A DNA stretch of 62,915 nt, filler included, from Octopus bimaculoides (Eukaryota), in the NCBI RefSeq assembly GCF_001194135.2. It is 7 parts of 7 records of this genome, joined end to end, with 100 filler letters (N's around TTAATTAATTAA, not from the genome) between each part and the next. Parts side by side here need not be neighbours in the genome. Positions count along the whole stretch, not along the records: positions 12,617 to 16,503 come from NC_068999.1; positions 16,604 to 45,581 come from NC_068982.1; 5 more parts are not named here. The stretch is one strand, 5' to 3'. Below are positions 13,511-28,730 of this stretch, one piece after another (within the stretch, counting starts at the first letter, position 1; every line of letters begins with the position of its first letter). Under the pieces are notes generated by a model. The model did not search any database and was not told the DNA's origin. It was given only the letters and a program-made list of their open reading frames with translations. Made by a program: the position numbers and the translations under genes.

Positions 13511-14679
13511 TATTTTTCAACATTAAAAAGGAAATATTACATAGATTAGTTTAATATTCATTCATGTAATTAATTATTTACTTCTTAGGTTGTTACTATA
13601 GAGACTGCTCAGAGCATTTACTTATGGAATACTGGAAACATACACATGCTATCTATATATAAATTATAAACCAAGAATCAGAAAAAATAAAAAATAAATA
13701 TTTGTACAGATATACACAATATTTATCTATGTGCACACATGCATATATACACAAATATTTATACGTTTATAATATAACCATGTCTCATTGATTTAAGTAA
13801 CTAAAAGTATCTATTTACGAACGAGAAAGATAACAATTTATAAGGGATAACAGGTTAATAGGTTTTGCTCATATATGCATATATACACATATACAAATAT
13901 TTATAACGTTTATGTGGTTATATTATAGCCATCTCACATAGACCTAAGTAGCTGAACAATCTCTATTTAAGGACGGTAACAACTTATGAAGGGTAAGAAG
14001 TTATAGAAAATAATAAGAAATATATATAACTACATTTAAAGAGGCAGGACATTAAAATTTGAGGTAGGGAAGAGATAAAGGTAACCCGAAAAGAGGCGGT
14101 AGTCGGTGTGGGCGCAGTGAGAGTAGTTAGAGGGATTCGGACCCCCAAAATTTAATAAGTTGCAATGTTACAGGTGCTATTATAGCAACGGTTGCCGACA
14201 TTACCTATTTCTAGACCAATGAAATTTTACAAACAACAGTTGCTGACTTCACCTCACCGTAGACCTATCAAAAGCGAACTTCAGCAAATACAACAAAATG
14301 ATCCTTTATGGGAATCGACCAACCGGAACGACTGATGACCGTTTCCCACAGGGAAGCCAACCAGGTAGATCGACAAAACATGACAAACAGAAAAACAAGA
14401 AGTGAACAGTACTTTAACGAATCAAAAATCAGAATACACCGGATTCCAAAACACGCCATTACAAGCGCAAGTTACTCCACATGACGGAAAAAAGAATCAG
14501 AGAAATTGTAAACCAAATACCTTTCTTTACTTTCTTCATTTCTCACTTATTTTTCCCTCTTAACTCAGTATGACTGAAACTTTGATGATCTTGATTTCTT
14601 GTCGATCACTACTAACACTAATGAGCTTTGTACATTCAAACAATTGATGCGCAGTTTGTTATATTATTGACTGTTATGG

Positions 14680-14712
<33 letters not shown>

Positions 14713-14883
14713 CACACACACACACACACNNNNNNNNNNNNNNNNNNNNNNNNNNNNNNNNNNNNNNNNNNNNNNNNNNNNNNNNNNNNNNNNNNNNNNN
14801 NNNNNNNNNNNNNNNNNNNNNNNNNNNNNNNNNNNNNNNNNNNNNNNNNNNNNNNNNNNNNNNNNNNNNNNNNNNNNNNATAT

Positions 14884-15438
14884 ATAATAAGGGTGATAAA
14901 GTGGATATTAATTTAATTAACACCAATTTAAAACCAGTGGCCTAACATAAAGAAAATTCAGAAAATTTAGAAAAATTATATTACATACATATGAGAAACG
15001 ATGACCACTAAGTGGACATCCGTTACGCTAGAGGTAGGTCATCTACGGTCAAACCACTAAAGAAAAAAATGTTCTCTAGGGAAAGTCAGCGTATACCAGA
15101 ACATGAACGGGCAGGACAGGTTTCGCATATTAATGGATTAATGCATTTTTTTTACTTACATAACCCATCCGAGGCTCATCAGTACGACCGTTCGATTCAA
15201 TATAATTTGCAGAACAATACACGAATTGTCCACATAAAATTAGACATGTGTACAGTTCTACCGATTACATTGGAGTCTTTTTCGAAAGTTCAAGCTCTGG
15301 CGCGCTAAGTACCGGAAACAATTCTGCAGAAGGTAATTCACTGTAGTAACCGTCGGCGGTTAGAGAACATAATTATTAAAATTTAAATAATAAGGGTGAT
15401 AAAATTAGATATTAATTTAATTAACACCAATTTAAAAC
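14884..15438 (-). mobile_element. Penelope-like LTR unit bounded by ~50-bp direct repeats and containing a hammerhead core
   Basis: ataataagggtgataaa..gatattaatttaattaacaccaatttaaaac occurs at ~14884 and ~15388. CUGAUGA...CGAAAC lies on the minus strand at 15090-15186. Confidence 0.6.
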
Positions 15439-15484
15439 TGCATGGCCGCAGTCTATTATTGGACTGTTATATTATTTATGCCCA

Positions 15485-15534
<50 letters not shown>

Positions 15535-16459
15535 CACTCACACACACACACAGATCAATCTTCCTATCTATCTATCATTTTATCTGTATATATGTATATA
15601 TGTAAGTGTGGATGTATATATTTGCATATATATTGTATAAGCCGCCAATCACAACCATTGTTCTTATCATTCAGAATAAGAAACACATAGCCGTTTCATC
15701 TTTTATCGAAATATAAGGATGTAAAACGAATGCAAAACGTAGGACAAGATTGCTTTAGTCTCAGCCTTTCCGTAAGAAACAATTCTAAGAATCACCACCA
15801 CCAACAACAACAATAACGATAGAGATGTGATTAAATTCAGAAAATCGTTTGACATAGTGTTACTGATTTATACACAAAGAGGTTTTTTATACAAAGTACA
15901 TCTTTAAATTGACATACAGGCGTCGACCGCATTATGGTGGCAAATGTATCAAGGCACAGAGATAACACGTCAGCACGTAGAAGAAGAGGATCATATAATT
16001 TTGTAGTGCCCTATAAATGAAGGATCATATTGTATACTGCACGAAAAGATATAATTGAATTTTATGTCTACGTAATTATCTATTCTGATTTTGACACAGA
16101 AATTAAATAGAAATTTTGAGTGAAGGAGAAGTCAATTACTGGTATTTAAGTTAACGTTATAATAAAGCAGAAAAGCAAAATCGACCTTGGCGGATTTTCA
16201 ACTTACAACGTAAAGATTCAGGTGATAAGTCGTTGAGCATATTGTCAGATACGACAATGTTCCTTGTACTTCGCCGCCTCTTATGCCGACATAGTTATAA
16301 TACTCATTTACTCATTATACACTAGACCTTTTGTATTTGTTTAGCTACACGTTTTATAAAAGATAAAGATGTAAAGCAACTGTAAAATGCAAGGATTCAT
16401 ATCTGCATGAATCAATTCATAAACAAATAGGTTTTTATAGATATATACCTATATATACC

Positions 16460-16503
<44 letters not shown>

Positions 16504-16603
16504 NNNNNNNNNNNNNNNNNNNNNNNNNNNNNNNNNNNNNNNNNNNNTTAATTAATTAANNNNNNNNNNNNNNNNNNNNNNNNNNNNNNNNNNNNNNNNN
16601 NNN

Positions 16604-16637
<34 letters not shown>

Positions 16638-17044
16638 TATATATGCGTATATGTGTGCATGTGTGTGCAGGCCGGCATGTGTGTGCTTCTGTGTGTCAAG
16701 TTATTTATTCCTTAAACAAATATATTTAAATGCAAGTCCATATTTATAAATACATACTGTTTAAAATATCTTTTAGTTTTGTGAGCATATCTATTTGTGG
16801 ATTTGTATTGGAAAGATGCTAGATGGAATCTGCTCAAGGCTACAGGCTATATTTTGGAGTGTGTGAGTGCACCATGGAGAGACGACTGGGCAGACAAATA
16901 CACAGACCATCAGAAACCAAGGGCAAATTTAATACCTGAAACAGAGAAGAAAAGACACAAAGACAAATATTGTTGAATATTTGATTTACCACCCATTCGT
17001 ATACTTTCACACACACATACATATATATATATATATGTATGCAT

Positions 17045-17590
17045 ATGTATATATGTTGTTGGCATCCTTTTGTCTCAGGAGACAATGGAGTTGCGCATAA
17101 AATAATCCAGTCTGGCTTTTACAGTTCATGTCATTTACATCTCCTGCTGTGGCTGTGTAGTCTTATCCTGGACAAACATGTCCTCTTCCATATGCATCAC
17201 ATGACCATGTCAGCACAGTCATCTCTCTTGCACACCACATCTGATGCCTCATATGCCTAACTTATGCCTAACTCTCAAGATGCTTTACACACTGTTGAAC
17301 TTGCACACTGACATCGCACATCCAGCAAAGCATATCAGCTTCATTTCTTTCAAGTCTACGCATGTCCTTGGCTGCCACAGCCCATGTTTCACTACCATAT
17401 AGCACAGCTGTTTGCATACAGGCATCATACAATCTGCCTTTCACTCTGTGAGAGAGGCCTTTGTTGCCAGGAGGCATAGGAGCTCTCTGAACTTTGCCCA
17501 GACTAATCTTATTTTCATAGTTATGTGCTCAGAGCATCCACCTCCACTACTAATTTGGTCACCTAGATAATGGAAGCTATCTACTACTTC
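17045..17590 (-). mobile_element. RTE-clade LINE, 3' fragment
   Basis: KGRLYDAC..TAVLYGSETWAV...LERNEADMLCWMC. The same 3' end recurs at ~55680-55760. Confidence 0.85.
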
Positions 17591-17632
17591 TAGCTTGCCC
17601 ACCTTATATAATATATACATTTATATATATGA

Positions 17633-17664
<32 letters not shown>

Positions 17665-18865
17665 ACACACATACACACACACATACACACACACACACAC
17701 ATATAAATTTATATATATTCACATGTGTGTATGCATGCATGTTTATACATACGTTTCTACTTGCATATGTGAGGTTATTATTTAAGAATGTAAAAACAAA
17801 AGAAATCATAAAATTTATAAAGTTACTTTTCCATGATAATTCCATTGAGTTGCCAAGACAAGTATTTCAGCACTTTATCTACAATATACATCTATACATG
17901 TGTGTATGTATATTTATATATACATACATATATATATATATGTACATTTACCTATATATGTGTGTGTGTGTCTTTATCAACATGTTTGTGTCTAAGTGCA
18001 TTTTCAAACATAAATGAAACAGTTTTGGTAATAAGAAAATTGGAACTGAAATGTTGACAAGTGAGCATGGTATTAAGTGCATTTGTTTGAATATGCACTT
18101 GAACACCATATTTTACACAGAAATCAAATTCTGTTTGATATTATAATCATACAATCGTTTTAAATACAATAATCATTTAGTCTTTCTAATTTTTTGTTTT
18201 TTGCATTAAATAATGCCTTTTTGAAACGCTTTCTTCAAATATTCTCTTTTGTAAATACATATATATTGAAATAGAAAAAGAAATAACAAAATTTAATGAA
18301 AAAAAATTGCAGAAATTATCTGATTGATATGAAACATGCCGTTTTCCTAAAGTGCAAAATCCTCAATAAAACAGTGTTTCTAAATAGTCACAATTAAAAT
18401 GTTGTTGTTGAGGAAAATAATCATATAATTATTACTGAAATAAAAATATAAGAAAAAATAAATAATAGTCATCAAAATACCTTTGCTTCAATCAGATTTA
18501 AAATAACTTAGTTCAGATGTTTTTTGCATGAACTGTGTAATAAAGTTTAAGGAAAACATGAGATGATAAAATATCTGTTATATTGGATGTAATTTCTCTG
18601 CATTCTATATCATGGACATAAGAGATAACACATATTACACAGATACACACACAAATAAATATATATGTGTGTATGTGTGCATGCATGTATGTATATATGT
18701 ATGCATGTATGTATGAATACTGCTTTGTGATACAGTTGGTTAACATATGACTTACTAACAGCAAAGCTATATCTGTATAGCTCTCCAACTTTCCCCCTCT
18801 CTCTTTCTCTCTTTATGTGTGTGTGAATAGATATACTTATGCACATAGACATGTGTGCACACACA

Positions 18866-18944
<79 letters not shown>

Positions 18945-19525
18945 GTATATGTATATGTATATGTATATGTATTACACACATGCAAACACAGGCATAGATA
19001 TGCAGATAGACAGAAACAAGAAACAGAGAGACAAGGAAGATGACAGAGACAGAGTTAGATTAGGCTGATAAAAATCTCATAGCGTTTGATTACAAATTGC
19101 CTCTCTTAAATTGCTACATTCATTTTCAAAATCACATATTGCATTATATGAAATGTATTGTAACAATAGAGTAAAAGATATTATCTTAGTTTCAGAGAAA
19201 AGTTTTGATAGAATATGGATTTGTATTAAATAATTAATTTATATCAAAAATGTCTTAAGAGAAATTTTAATTCTATGTCTCACTGATATTTCGTTTTTGA
19301 GACATGGTATAAGAACACTTGTCTATATTACTGGAAATAACTTGTTTCCAACAGAAATTCCTATTCAGTGTTCATTAGAACAGGGAGTTTGAATCCTTAA
19401 TTCACAACATTACAAGGCATTTTATTTTGTTTGTCTCTCAACAAAATAAATAAATACCTTATTTTCAACCATACTAGTCAACATAGTACGTATACAGTAT
19501 AAATATGTAGTAATGTGTGGAGGTG

Positions 19526-19925
19526 CAGGCATGGCTGTGTGGTAAGAAACCTGCTTCCCAGCCACAGGGTTCCAGGTTCAGTCTCACTGCATGACACCTT
19601 GAGCAAGTGTCTTCTACTATAGCCTCAGGCTGACATAAGCCTTGTGAGTGGATTTAGTAGACGGAAACTGAAAGAAGCCTGTTGTGTATATGTAAATATA
19701 TATGAGTGTGTGTCTTTGTGTCTGTGTTTGTCCCCACCACCATCTGACAACCGGTGTTGGTGTGTTTATGTCGCTGTAACTGAGCAGTTCAGTAAAAGAG
19801 ACAAACAAAATAAGTACAAGGCTTATAAAAATAAATCCTGGAGTCAATTTGTTTGACTGTTACCCTTCAAAGCAATGCCCCAGCATGGCTGCAATGAAAT
19901 GACTGAAACAAGTAAAAGATAAAAG
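19526..19925 (+). mobile_element. SINE family A, full length, CpG-decayed
   Basis: Alignable end to end with 61825-62230, with many CG to TG/CA changes. Confidence 0.85.
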
Positions 19926-21698
19926 ATTCAAATATCGTCACTATTTCTCCAAATCCTGCAGCCTTTCACATGGAATTCTTGGTCCTCCAAAGTTGTCTTG
20001 GTGTATAAGTTAACTTACCACAATTTTGTTGTAAATTTTAGTTTGAAAACTTCAACTACTATGCCAGAAGATATGGCAATAAAATAAACAAAATAAAAAC
20101 CATTTGCAAGCAGGCGTAGACACTGTTAAAGAAGGGATGAACACATTGAATGATATAGTGACAGCGATTCCACGTTTGAAAAAAATGTGACAGGGCTGGT
20201 GCCCTTTGAAATACAACCACTACTCATTTTTGCCAGCTGAGTAAACTGGAGCAACATAAAATAAAGTGTCTTCCTCAAGAACACAACATGAGGACAGGAA
20301 TCAAACTCAGGACCTTATGATCATGAGCCTAATACCCTAACCATCTAAGCCACGAGTCTTGACTCATCTTATAGTCAAATGGTTAATAATGACATTATCC
20401 TTTGGCTTCGAGTTTCTAAACCAAATTTTAGTTACTAAATGTTTTTGGTCTGGATCCAATCTGCCATTATGTACATACTGAGAAATAAAACATCTGATGT
20501 TGATCACAGATCGAACTGATTGAAATTTAGTACACATGTAAATATTAAAAAAATATTTCATTTCTAAATACAAAGTTGATAGTAAAAATATTTATTCTAA
20601 TTGAACTAGCAGTTCTATTGTTAAATTATTTGGATTGGTTATACTAGAAAATCTAAATACTTACATGAATTCATGAAATTTTAGTTTTAAAACAATATTA
20701 CATTTCTTACATCAAATATTTATCTGTAAACTGCCACTAGAACATGTTTATTTCGTGTGTTTATTTTTTGTTTTTCACAAACACTTAGCAAATGTTTTTA
20801 TAGAGTTTCTTATTGTCATTTTTCTAATTCCACAAACGTACATATACACACGCACACAAACACACACGCATATACATAACACCACATACAAGATATCAAA
20901 CACTAGACAGAATTTTCTTTCCTTTTTTTTAAAAAAAAAAAAAATTTTTTTTTACCTTTTATCACCTAATTCAAAACATCTTAAACCAGTTAGCTAGAGA
21001 TTTTAAAACCTTGAATAATAGGTGAGTATTAACTGGAATCTTTTAACATCCAAAGTGTGAATCAGACCAACAACATTTCATTTGCAATATTGATAAAAAA
21101 AAAGTGAATGAATGCAAATAACCAACAAAGCATTGATTATTTTCAGAAGATGCACAATCTGCAAAATTTAATTACATTCTGTATTTCCTTATTGATTCAA
21201 TTTGAATTTACAGTGAAGAATATGGTATGTGAAGGTTCAGTGAAACTTTAAAAAAAAAAAAATAATGAACACAAATGTTATTCCTGTCTTTATTTTATTT
21301 TATTGAGGGTTTTTTTTCTGTTATTTTCCTATTTAATTATTTTTGTTTTGATGTATTTTTGTATTTTATTTTTTTAGTTTTGTAATTTTAAGCAGTCCTA
21401 TAATTGAGGGCATATAGTTCAATATCTCTACCTACAACAAACAACTTCATATTGTTTTATTTTGTTTTATACATGTGATTGTAGATTAGCAAAATTGGTA
21501 GAGCCTCTGGTAAAAAAAATACCTTGTGTTGGTTAAATACGTCCAATTCAAATCTCTAATAAAAATCAAATGATATTCCTGTGACTAAATCTGGAACATC
21601 TATTTTATCAACAATGTCTGTTGTTTTCATCACTGGTCTTCTGTCTTTGAGAACAGTGGTGTTGTCATTTCAAGGTACTTAACATGTCACTATACTTT

Positions 21699-21759
<61 letters not shown>

Positions 21760-22130
21760 TGTGTCCATGTTACAGAAGGAGTAAAAGAAGGGCAAAGACC
21801 CCCTTTGGTCATGAATGACCATGGAATTGCACCTAGAAAGCTACCCTCTGAGGCACAAGTCCAGGCAAAGTTGTTTACGGAAAACCACCAGCTGTCCATG
21901 CATACCAGCCTCCCCTCTCCATGCCACTGATGTTTTCCAAAGGAAAAAGCAAAAGCTGATACAATTGGTACCAGTGACATCGCACATCATTTCTACAGAT
22001 GAGTGAACTGGAGCAACATGAAATAAAGTGTCTTGCTCAAGAACACAACACACACCCTGGTCTGGAAACTGAACTCGCTACTTCATGATTGTAAGCCAGA
22101 TTTTCTAACCACTGGGCCATGTGCCTTCAC
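21760..22130 (-). mobile_element. tRNA-derived SINE (head at right)
   Basis: Minus strand gtgaaggcacatggcccagtggttag...gagttcagtttcc carries A/B boxes. Confidence 0.7.
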
Positions 22131-22912
22131 AAAGTGACATCACAAATGCAGTGATTTGTTTTATGCTGGTATTATTGAAACTCTTTCTCAAAATATTGAA
22201 TTATGGACTTCTTAGAATTTCTGAAAGCTTATGAGGAACTATTTTTGTTTGTTAATGTCTCTTACATCATAGAAAAGAAATCTTCTAAATTTCTTCTTGA
22301 ATATTCTGAAGATTTAGGAGGATGCTTGAGAAAAGAGAATTTCTGAAATTCAATGTAATTTTAGAAATTACTATACTGCTTGTGCTTGTTTGGTTTATTT
22401 CATATGGCAAATGGGGAACAATATGATCTAAACATGTTTGTCATGGCTTTATTTCTGGCAGCTTCTGCTATAAGGGGGTGACTGTATTTCATTGTAGAGT
22501 AAGTATCTCAAGGAACTTCCATAAATCATTAGTTTCATCACTTACTTGATGGTTTATATACTTTTCTGATGATATCCAAACATAAACACAGATACACATA
22601 GACCCACACACACAGACACACACACATACAAAATGGGTTTTTATATGGTTATGTCTACCAAATTGTATTTGCAATGTTTTGAATATACATATATGTATAT
22701 GTATATCTGTATAAATATGGGCGCATGCTTGTATATTTATGCGTGTGTGTGTCTGTATGTTTGAGTCTCCTTGCCTTGACTTCACGTAACAGTTGTAAAC
22801 AAGTGCCACCTTCATACAAGCAGTATCCTTTGTTTTCAGTTTTCAGTGAAAACATGTCCAGCCATATATATATATATATGTATATATATATATTATAAGT
22901 AAAAGATAAAAG

Positions 22913-22952
<40 letters not shown>

Positions 22953-23227
22953 ATTATGCCAATAATAATAAATACATACATTGGTTCAATAGCACTTCTT
23001 TAATTTTTTTTTTTTGTCAGTTGGTTAAATATCTAACCAACTAATTAATTGATTGTTTGTTCGGTTGTTTAATGTGATGATTCAACAATTAATTGGTTGT
23101 TTGTCAAAGTCCTTTTGTTGCTATTTCTAACCTCTTCAATGTTATACCCTCTCTATACATGGTAAGATTTATTTCAACAAACAATCTCCCATCTAGAACC
23201 TTGCAAACCAAAATACAAAACCCAGAT

Positions 23228-23267
<40 letters not shown>

Positions 23268-23624
23268 GTGCAGGTGTGGCTATGTGGTAAGAAGCTTGCT
23301 TCCCAACCACATGATTTTGGGTTCAGTCTCACTATGTGACACCTTAGGCAAGTGTCTTCTACTATAGCCTTGGGCTGACCAATGCCTTGTGAGTGGATTT
23401 GTGTGCATGTATGTGCATATGCATCTATGCATGTGTGTACACATGCACACTCACATGTGTATGCATGTGTGTATGTCTATGTGTGTGTGTGTATGTACGT
23501 GTGTGCCTTCATGTGTCTGTATGTGTGTGCACACACAGATGTCTGAATGTACATCTAAGCATACATACACACTCGTATAAGTATTGATGCATACACGCAG
23601 ATATGTGGGCATATACATGTACAT

Positions 23625-23709
<85 letters not shown>

Positions 23710-25404
23710 TATATATACAGCAGGCTTCTTTCAGTTTCCGTCTACCATTTTCACTTACTAGACTTTGGTTAGCCTGAGGCTAGAGTAGAGAACACATGCT
23801 CAAGGTGCCATGCAGAAGGACTGAACCTAGAACCATGTGGCTGGGAAACAAGCTTCTTACCATACAGTCATACCAGCACCTACTTTTGTGGCATTTGAAC
23901 TCAAAATGAAAAGAGCTATAATACATACTGCCAGGCATTTTGTCCAATACTCTAATGATTTTGCTTATCCACTTTCCTCAGCCAAGGGACAATTAATGAC
24001 AGCTATACTATGTTATTGTCAACTTTATATATAGAATGAAACTTTAAAACATTAGTACTGCAACAGGAAAAGAAAAGAGCAGCCAACCAGCTGAGTAAGT
24101 TTAATTTGCAATCTTTGCAATAATCTATGGCATCTTTCCTATATAAAAGATTGCCAACAGATATGGAATTATATTAAGATACAAATTGTCTCTGGCAAAT
24201 AAAAAGAAAGGAAGAATAAAAAAAAGAAAACAAGCTGAAATTTTATCATAAAATTTAGATGAAATATTTGATTATTGATGAAGAAATTTTAAGATATTTA
24301 CTTTATCCAATCACACAAAACTTGTTTCTCTGTTGATTAGAAATAATCTTTTGGTTTTATAGACTTTTCTCAACTTTTCAATATTGAACTAATATTTGCT
24401 TCTTTTATTTACATTTTTTAAAAATTTCATTTATTGTTCCAATTTTTCTCAGTGCCTTCAGGTAGTCAAAATAATTAATGTTATATACGAATTAAATATA
24501 GATATACACAATACTTATAAATACACACTTACAAACATATATCAATAAATAAATTAATGAATATAGCAATGGGATCCCTTGCACCTGGAGATAGATATCT
24601 GTTAATGTTTTTTAACATAAGATGAACTGTTGACATTTTAGCACATGAGCTCTTAATCAAGTCAAAGGTCTTGAACCAATGGCAAAATAAATCAAGCTAA
24701 ACTAAATGAGACTGATCTGAGATCAAATGTTGGGGAAGATTATATTTAGAATCCTATCTTTTCAAGACCCAGAAGAGGATTTGAACTTAAAGCAGGAAAC
24801 ATATAAATCACTTGTTCACTCATCAATTTCAGTGTTTTCTCAATTTATGACCGCAAGTTATACCAACATGGAAACTCTTATATGTAGCTCAATGGACTGA
24901 TCCAATTAAGGGCTAAAATTCTTAACCTTAGATACAGTACAATGGCAGTAACAAGATTATAGGAACCACTGAGTTCTTGGTTGGTTGTCAGATAAACTTT
25001 TGACTGAAGTCATTGAAAGAACCTCATGGTCATTTGACCTGGAAATACCAAACCAAATCCCTTCAAAGTCATATTCTTCCTCCTTAAAGAAAGAAAGGAT
25101 GTAAGGAATAATGTACTCCTAGATGTACAATGCTTAAGAAAACGTGGTGGGTCAATATGGTTGACTTTTTGACCATAGGTCAGAACTGACCTTGTTTCTG
25201 AGCTAGCTATGCCTTTTGCATGTACATACACATGTATATAATTATATATATGTATATATGTGTGGGTGGATATGTATGGGTATATATCATCATCATCATC
25301 CTTTAACATCCATTGTCCATGCTGGTATGTGTTGGATGGATTGACCAGAGCATGCAAGCAGGAGAGCTGTACCATCTATGTATGTGTGTGTGTGTATACA
25401 TATA

Positions 25405-25797
25405 CTCTTTTACTTGTTTCAGTCATTTGACTGCAGCCTTGCTGGAGCACCACATTTAGTCGAGCAAATCGACCCCAGGACTTATTCTTTGTAAGCCTAG
25501 TACTTATTCTGTCGGTCTGTTTTGCCAAACCGCTAAGTTACAGAGATGCAAACACACCAGCATCAGTTGTCAAGCGATGTTGGGGGGACAAACACAGACA
25601 CACACGCACACACACAGACATATATATGCATATACATATATACGACAAGCTTCTTTCAGTTTCTGTCTACCAAATCCACTCACAAGGCTTTGGTTGGCCC
25701 GAGGCTATAGTAGAAGACACTTGCCCAAGGTGCCAAGCAGTGGAACTGAACCCTGAACCATGTGGTTGGTAAACGAGCTACTTACCGCACAGCCACT
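25405..25797 (-). mobile_element. SINE family A, full length
   Basis: Reverse complement of the family A consensus seen at 61825. Confidence 0.9.
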
Positions 25798-26673
25798 CAA
25801 TCTTTTGAATTATGATTTTTGTATCTTGATCTTACCTTGCAGTTCATTTGGAACAATAAGGTACCCAAATTCATTTTTATTAACATTTCCTGACTACCTC
25901 AGCCCATCTTCAAGATGTGGCTTCTATACTGTCACTTTTATAGTGGGCATCAACTTTAAGACTTTATAAAAAGAATACTGTTAATGTAGACATTACAGCC
26001 ATTAGAATGTTAGATACACGCACAAATATGTGTGTGTGTATGTATGTGTGTGTGTGTATGTGTGTGTGTATGTATGTGTGTGTGTGTATGTGTGTGTGTG
26101 TTAACATGAAAATGCACTTAAATTTCTTAAATTTTCTTTCATTTTTCCCACTGGTTTCATCACATTTATGATAATTATGAGTAAATCAAAGTGAATAACT
26201 ATCTATACTTATTTGTTTCCAAAATGTATTAATGTTAACATCAACTGATGTTGTACAACAGATTTTATTTAGATTCAGTCTGAATTTCTTAATAAATATA
26301 CTTCTTTTTGTTGTTCTTTGAAAATATTAGTTCAATTGGAAAACTATAAAGGATCAATGAGATTTATATGTTGTTAACCATTAACAAAACATACAGTAAT
26401 CTATGTGACTGTACTGAAACCTTGTTTAAATCTTTTATCGTTTTTCTTTGAGTTGTTTGAGTCATTGGAAAGTGGCCATACTGGAGCACTGCCTTAATGA
26501 AGTTTTAGTCGAATGAATCAACTCCAATACTTTTTTCTTTCTTTCTTTTTTTTTTTTTGCAAAGCCTGGTATTTATTCTATTGGTCTCTATTGCCGAACC
26601 ACTAAGTTACAGGGATGTAAACACACCAACATTTGTTGTCGAGAGGTGATGTGGGGACAAACACAGACACAAA

Positions 26674-26725
<52 letters not shown>

Positions 26726-26789
26726 TGTATATATATATTTATATAATATGCAATACATAACAAAGATGTTAAAATCAAGCACTGACTGT

Positions 26790-28730
26790 GCCTGGAACCG
26801 TTTTTGAAGTGAGGAAATATCTGGCACAGGGCCTGTCTCATTCTCTACCCTCACTATTACCTCTAGTATACATCTCTTCCTCAATGCCCACTCAATCACC
26901 TTCCTTGGAACTCTATCAAATGGCTTCTCAAGATCAACGAAGCACATGTACAACTCCTCCTTATCTCAGTATGCCACTTGCAGTCTCCTTACAACCAACA
27001 CTGCATCTATTGTCCCCCTTCCTGGCATAAAACCAAATTGCACCTTGTCCACATTCATCCTTTTCTGAATTCTCCTCTCCAACACCCTTTCTACTATCTT
27101 CATTGCATGCTCCAATAACTTCACTTCCCTATATGCCCCACAACTCATCGCATCCCCCTTCCCTTTCAAGATCAGTACTACCACACTTAGCGCCCAATCA
27201 TCTGACATTCCTCTTCCATCCAGCATACCCTGATGGAGCTCCATCATCACAACAGTCCCTATCTTTCTACTTGCAGTTATCATTTCCACACTTACTTCTG
27301 ATGGACCAGCTGCCTTTCCTGTTTTCATTTCCTTCATTGCCTCCACTACTTCTTCCCGACTAACCCTCTCCACTGGCCCCTTCACCACAGCAACTTCCAC
27401 CCTCTGATCCCATTCATTCTTCCCATTCATAATTCCCTCTATAAGCTCCTTCCAAACTATTCCCCTGTCTTTCTCCCTAAAATTCAACCTTCGATCACTC
27501 CTCCTCATACATCTTCCTCCCTCAACATCTCTTCCATCTTTTATCATAGAATTAATAAGCCTAAACACTATCTGGATTCTCATCCATCCCACTCAACCTC
27601 TCTTCAGCTTCCTTCCTCATAGATCTTGCAACCACCCTCTTTGCATGATTCTTTCTGTTATTATACCTGGCTTCCATTTGCTCAGTCCTGTTATTACATA
27701 AAGCTTTGTGCACTTCTTTCTTCCTCACCTCCTCCTTTCACCACCACGTATCTCCTTGATCTCTCCTACCCTTCGTTCTTCCACACACTTTGTCACATGC
27801 CTTTAGCACCCCTTCTTTAAAAGACTTCCACAAATCCGGTGCATCAATGCTTACCAATTTCCCAACTCNNNNNNNNNNCCAACTCTCCCCTCAAACCTTG
27901 CTCTTGTTTCTTCTTCCTTCAGTTTCCATGCCTTTCTCCTCTCAACCATTCCCTTTCTCACACACTTTTTATCTTTCTTCTTATCCAAGTCAGCAACCAC
28001 CAACCTGTGCTGTAACTCACCTGCTATTGTCTTCTCATCTCTGAGATACTTTCTGTTTTTCCTGCCAACCAACATGAAATCAATCTCTATCTCATTCCCT
28101 CCTGCGCTGAATGTCACCTTCCTTTTCTCTGCTTTCCTAAACCACATGTTAACCACACACAACTCTTTCTCATCACAAAACTCCAACAGCATCATTCCTT
28201 CCACATTTCTCTCTGCAATTCCCTTTCCCACCATGCACAGCCTCAAATCTCTGGATCCATTTCCCAGCATGTCCATTAAAATCACCTATGCCCAAAACTA
28301 ATCCATTGACCTTATGTAAGTCACACTCATTTGCCATTTCATCAAAGAACTGCTCTTTCTCAACGATCCCTCTTTCCCTTTGCAGACCATACCCACAAAT
28401 CACCCTCAACACTTCTTCAAATACTAATGTTACTATCATCACTCTGTCACTCTTTCTCCTGACCTCCACCACCTTCTCACAGATTTTTTCCTTCACCAAA
28501 ACTCTCACACTTCCAGTCCCCTTGCTATTTCCCAACCACTACAAATTGTACCTTCTTCCCTTGACCCCCACAAATCTTGCACCTTGGCCCCCTCCACCTA
28601 GCCTCCTGCACATAGCACACATCCACCCTCCTCTTCCTCAATTCCTCACACACCTCAGTTCCCCTTCCACGCAGACTGCCTACATTCTAACTTCCCAACT
28701 TCACTCAAGCTTCTCCTCAGGCATTATATC
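26790..28730 (-). mobile_element. RTE-clade LINE: APE endonuclease plus N-terminal RT, 3'-truncated and frameshifted
   Basis: APE motif GDFNGH. RT motifs MKTGKAAGP, KGKGD, KLLEHAMKIVERVLE, QFGFMPGRGTIDA and FVDLEKPFDRVP, spread over several frames. Confidence 0.95.

Noticed and set aside
14330-14365. CTGATGA followed by a small hairpin
   Set aside because: No GAAA or cleavage triplet downstream, so a hammerhead is unsupported.
15012-15308. 98-aa ORF between direct repeats
   Set aside because: Lies in a Penelope-like LTR unit; no domain features or splice context.
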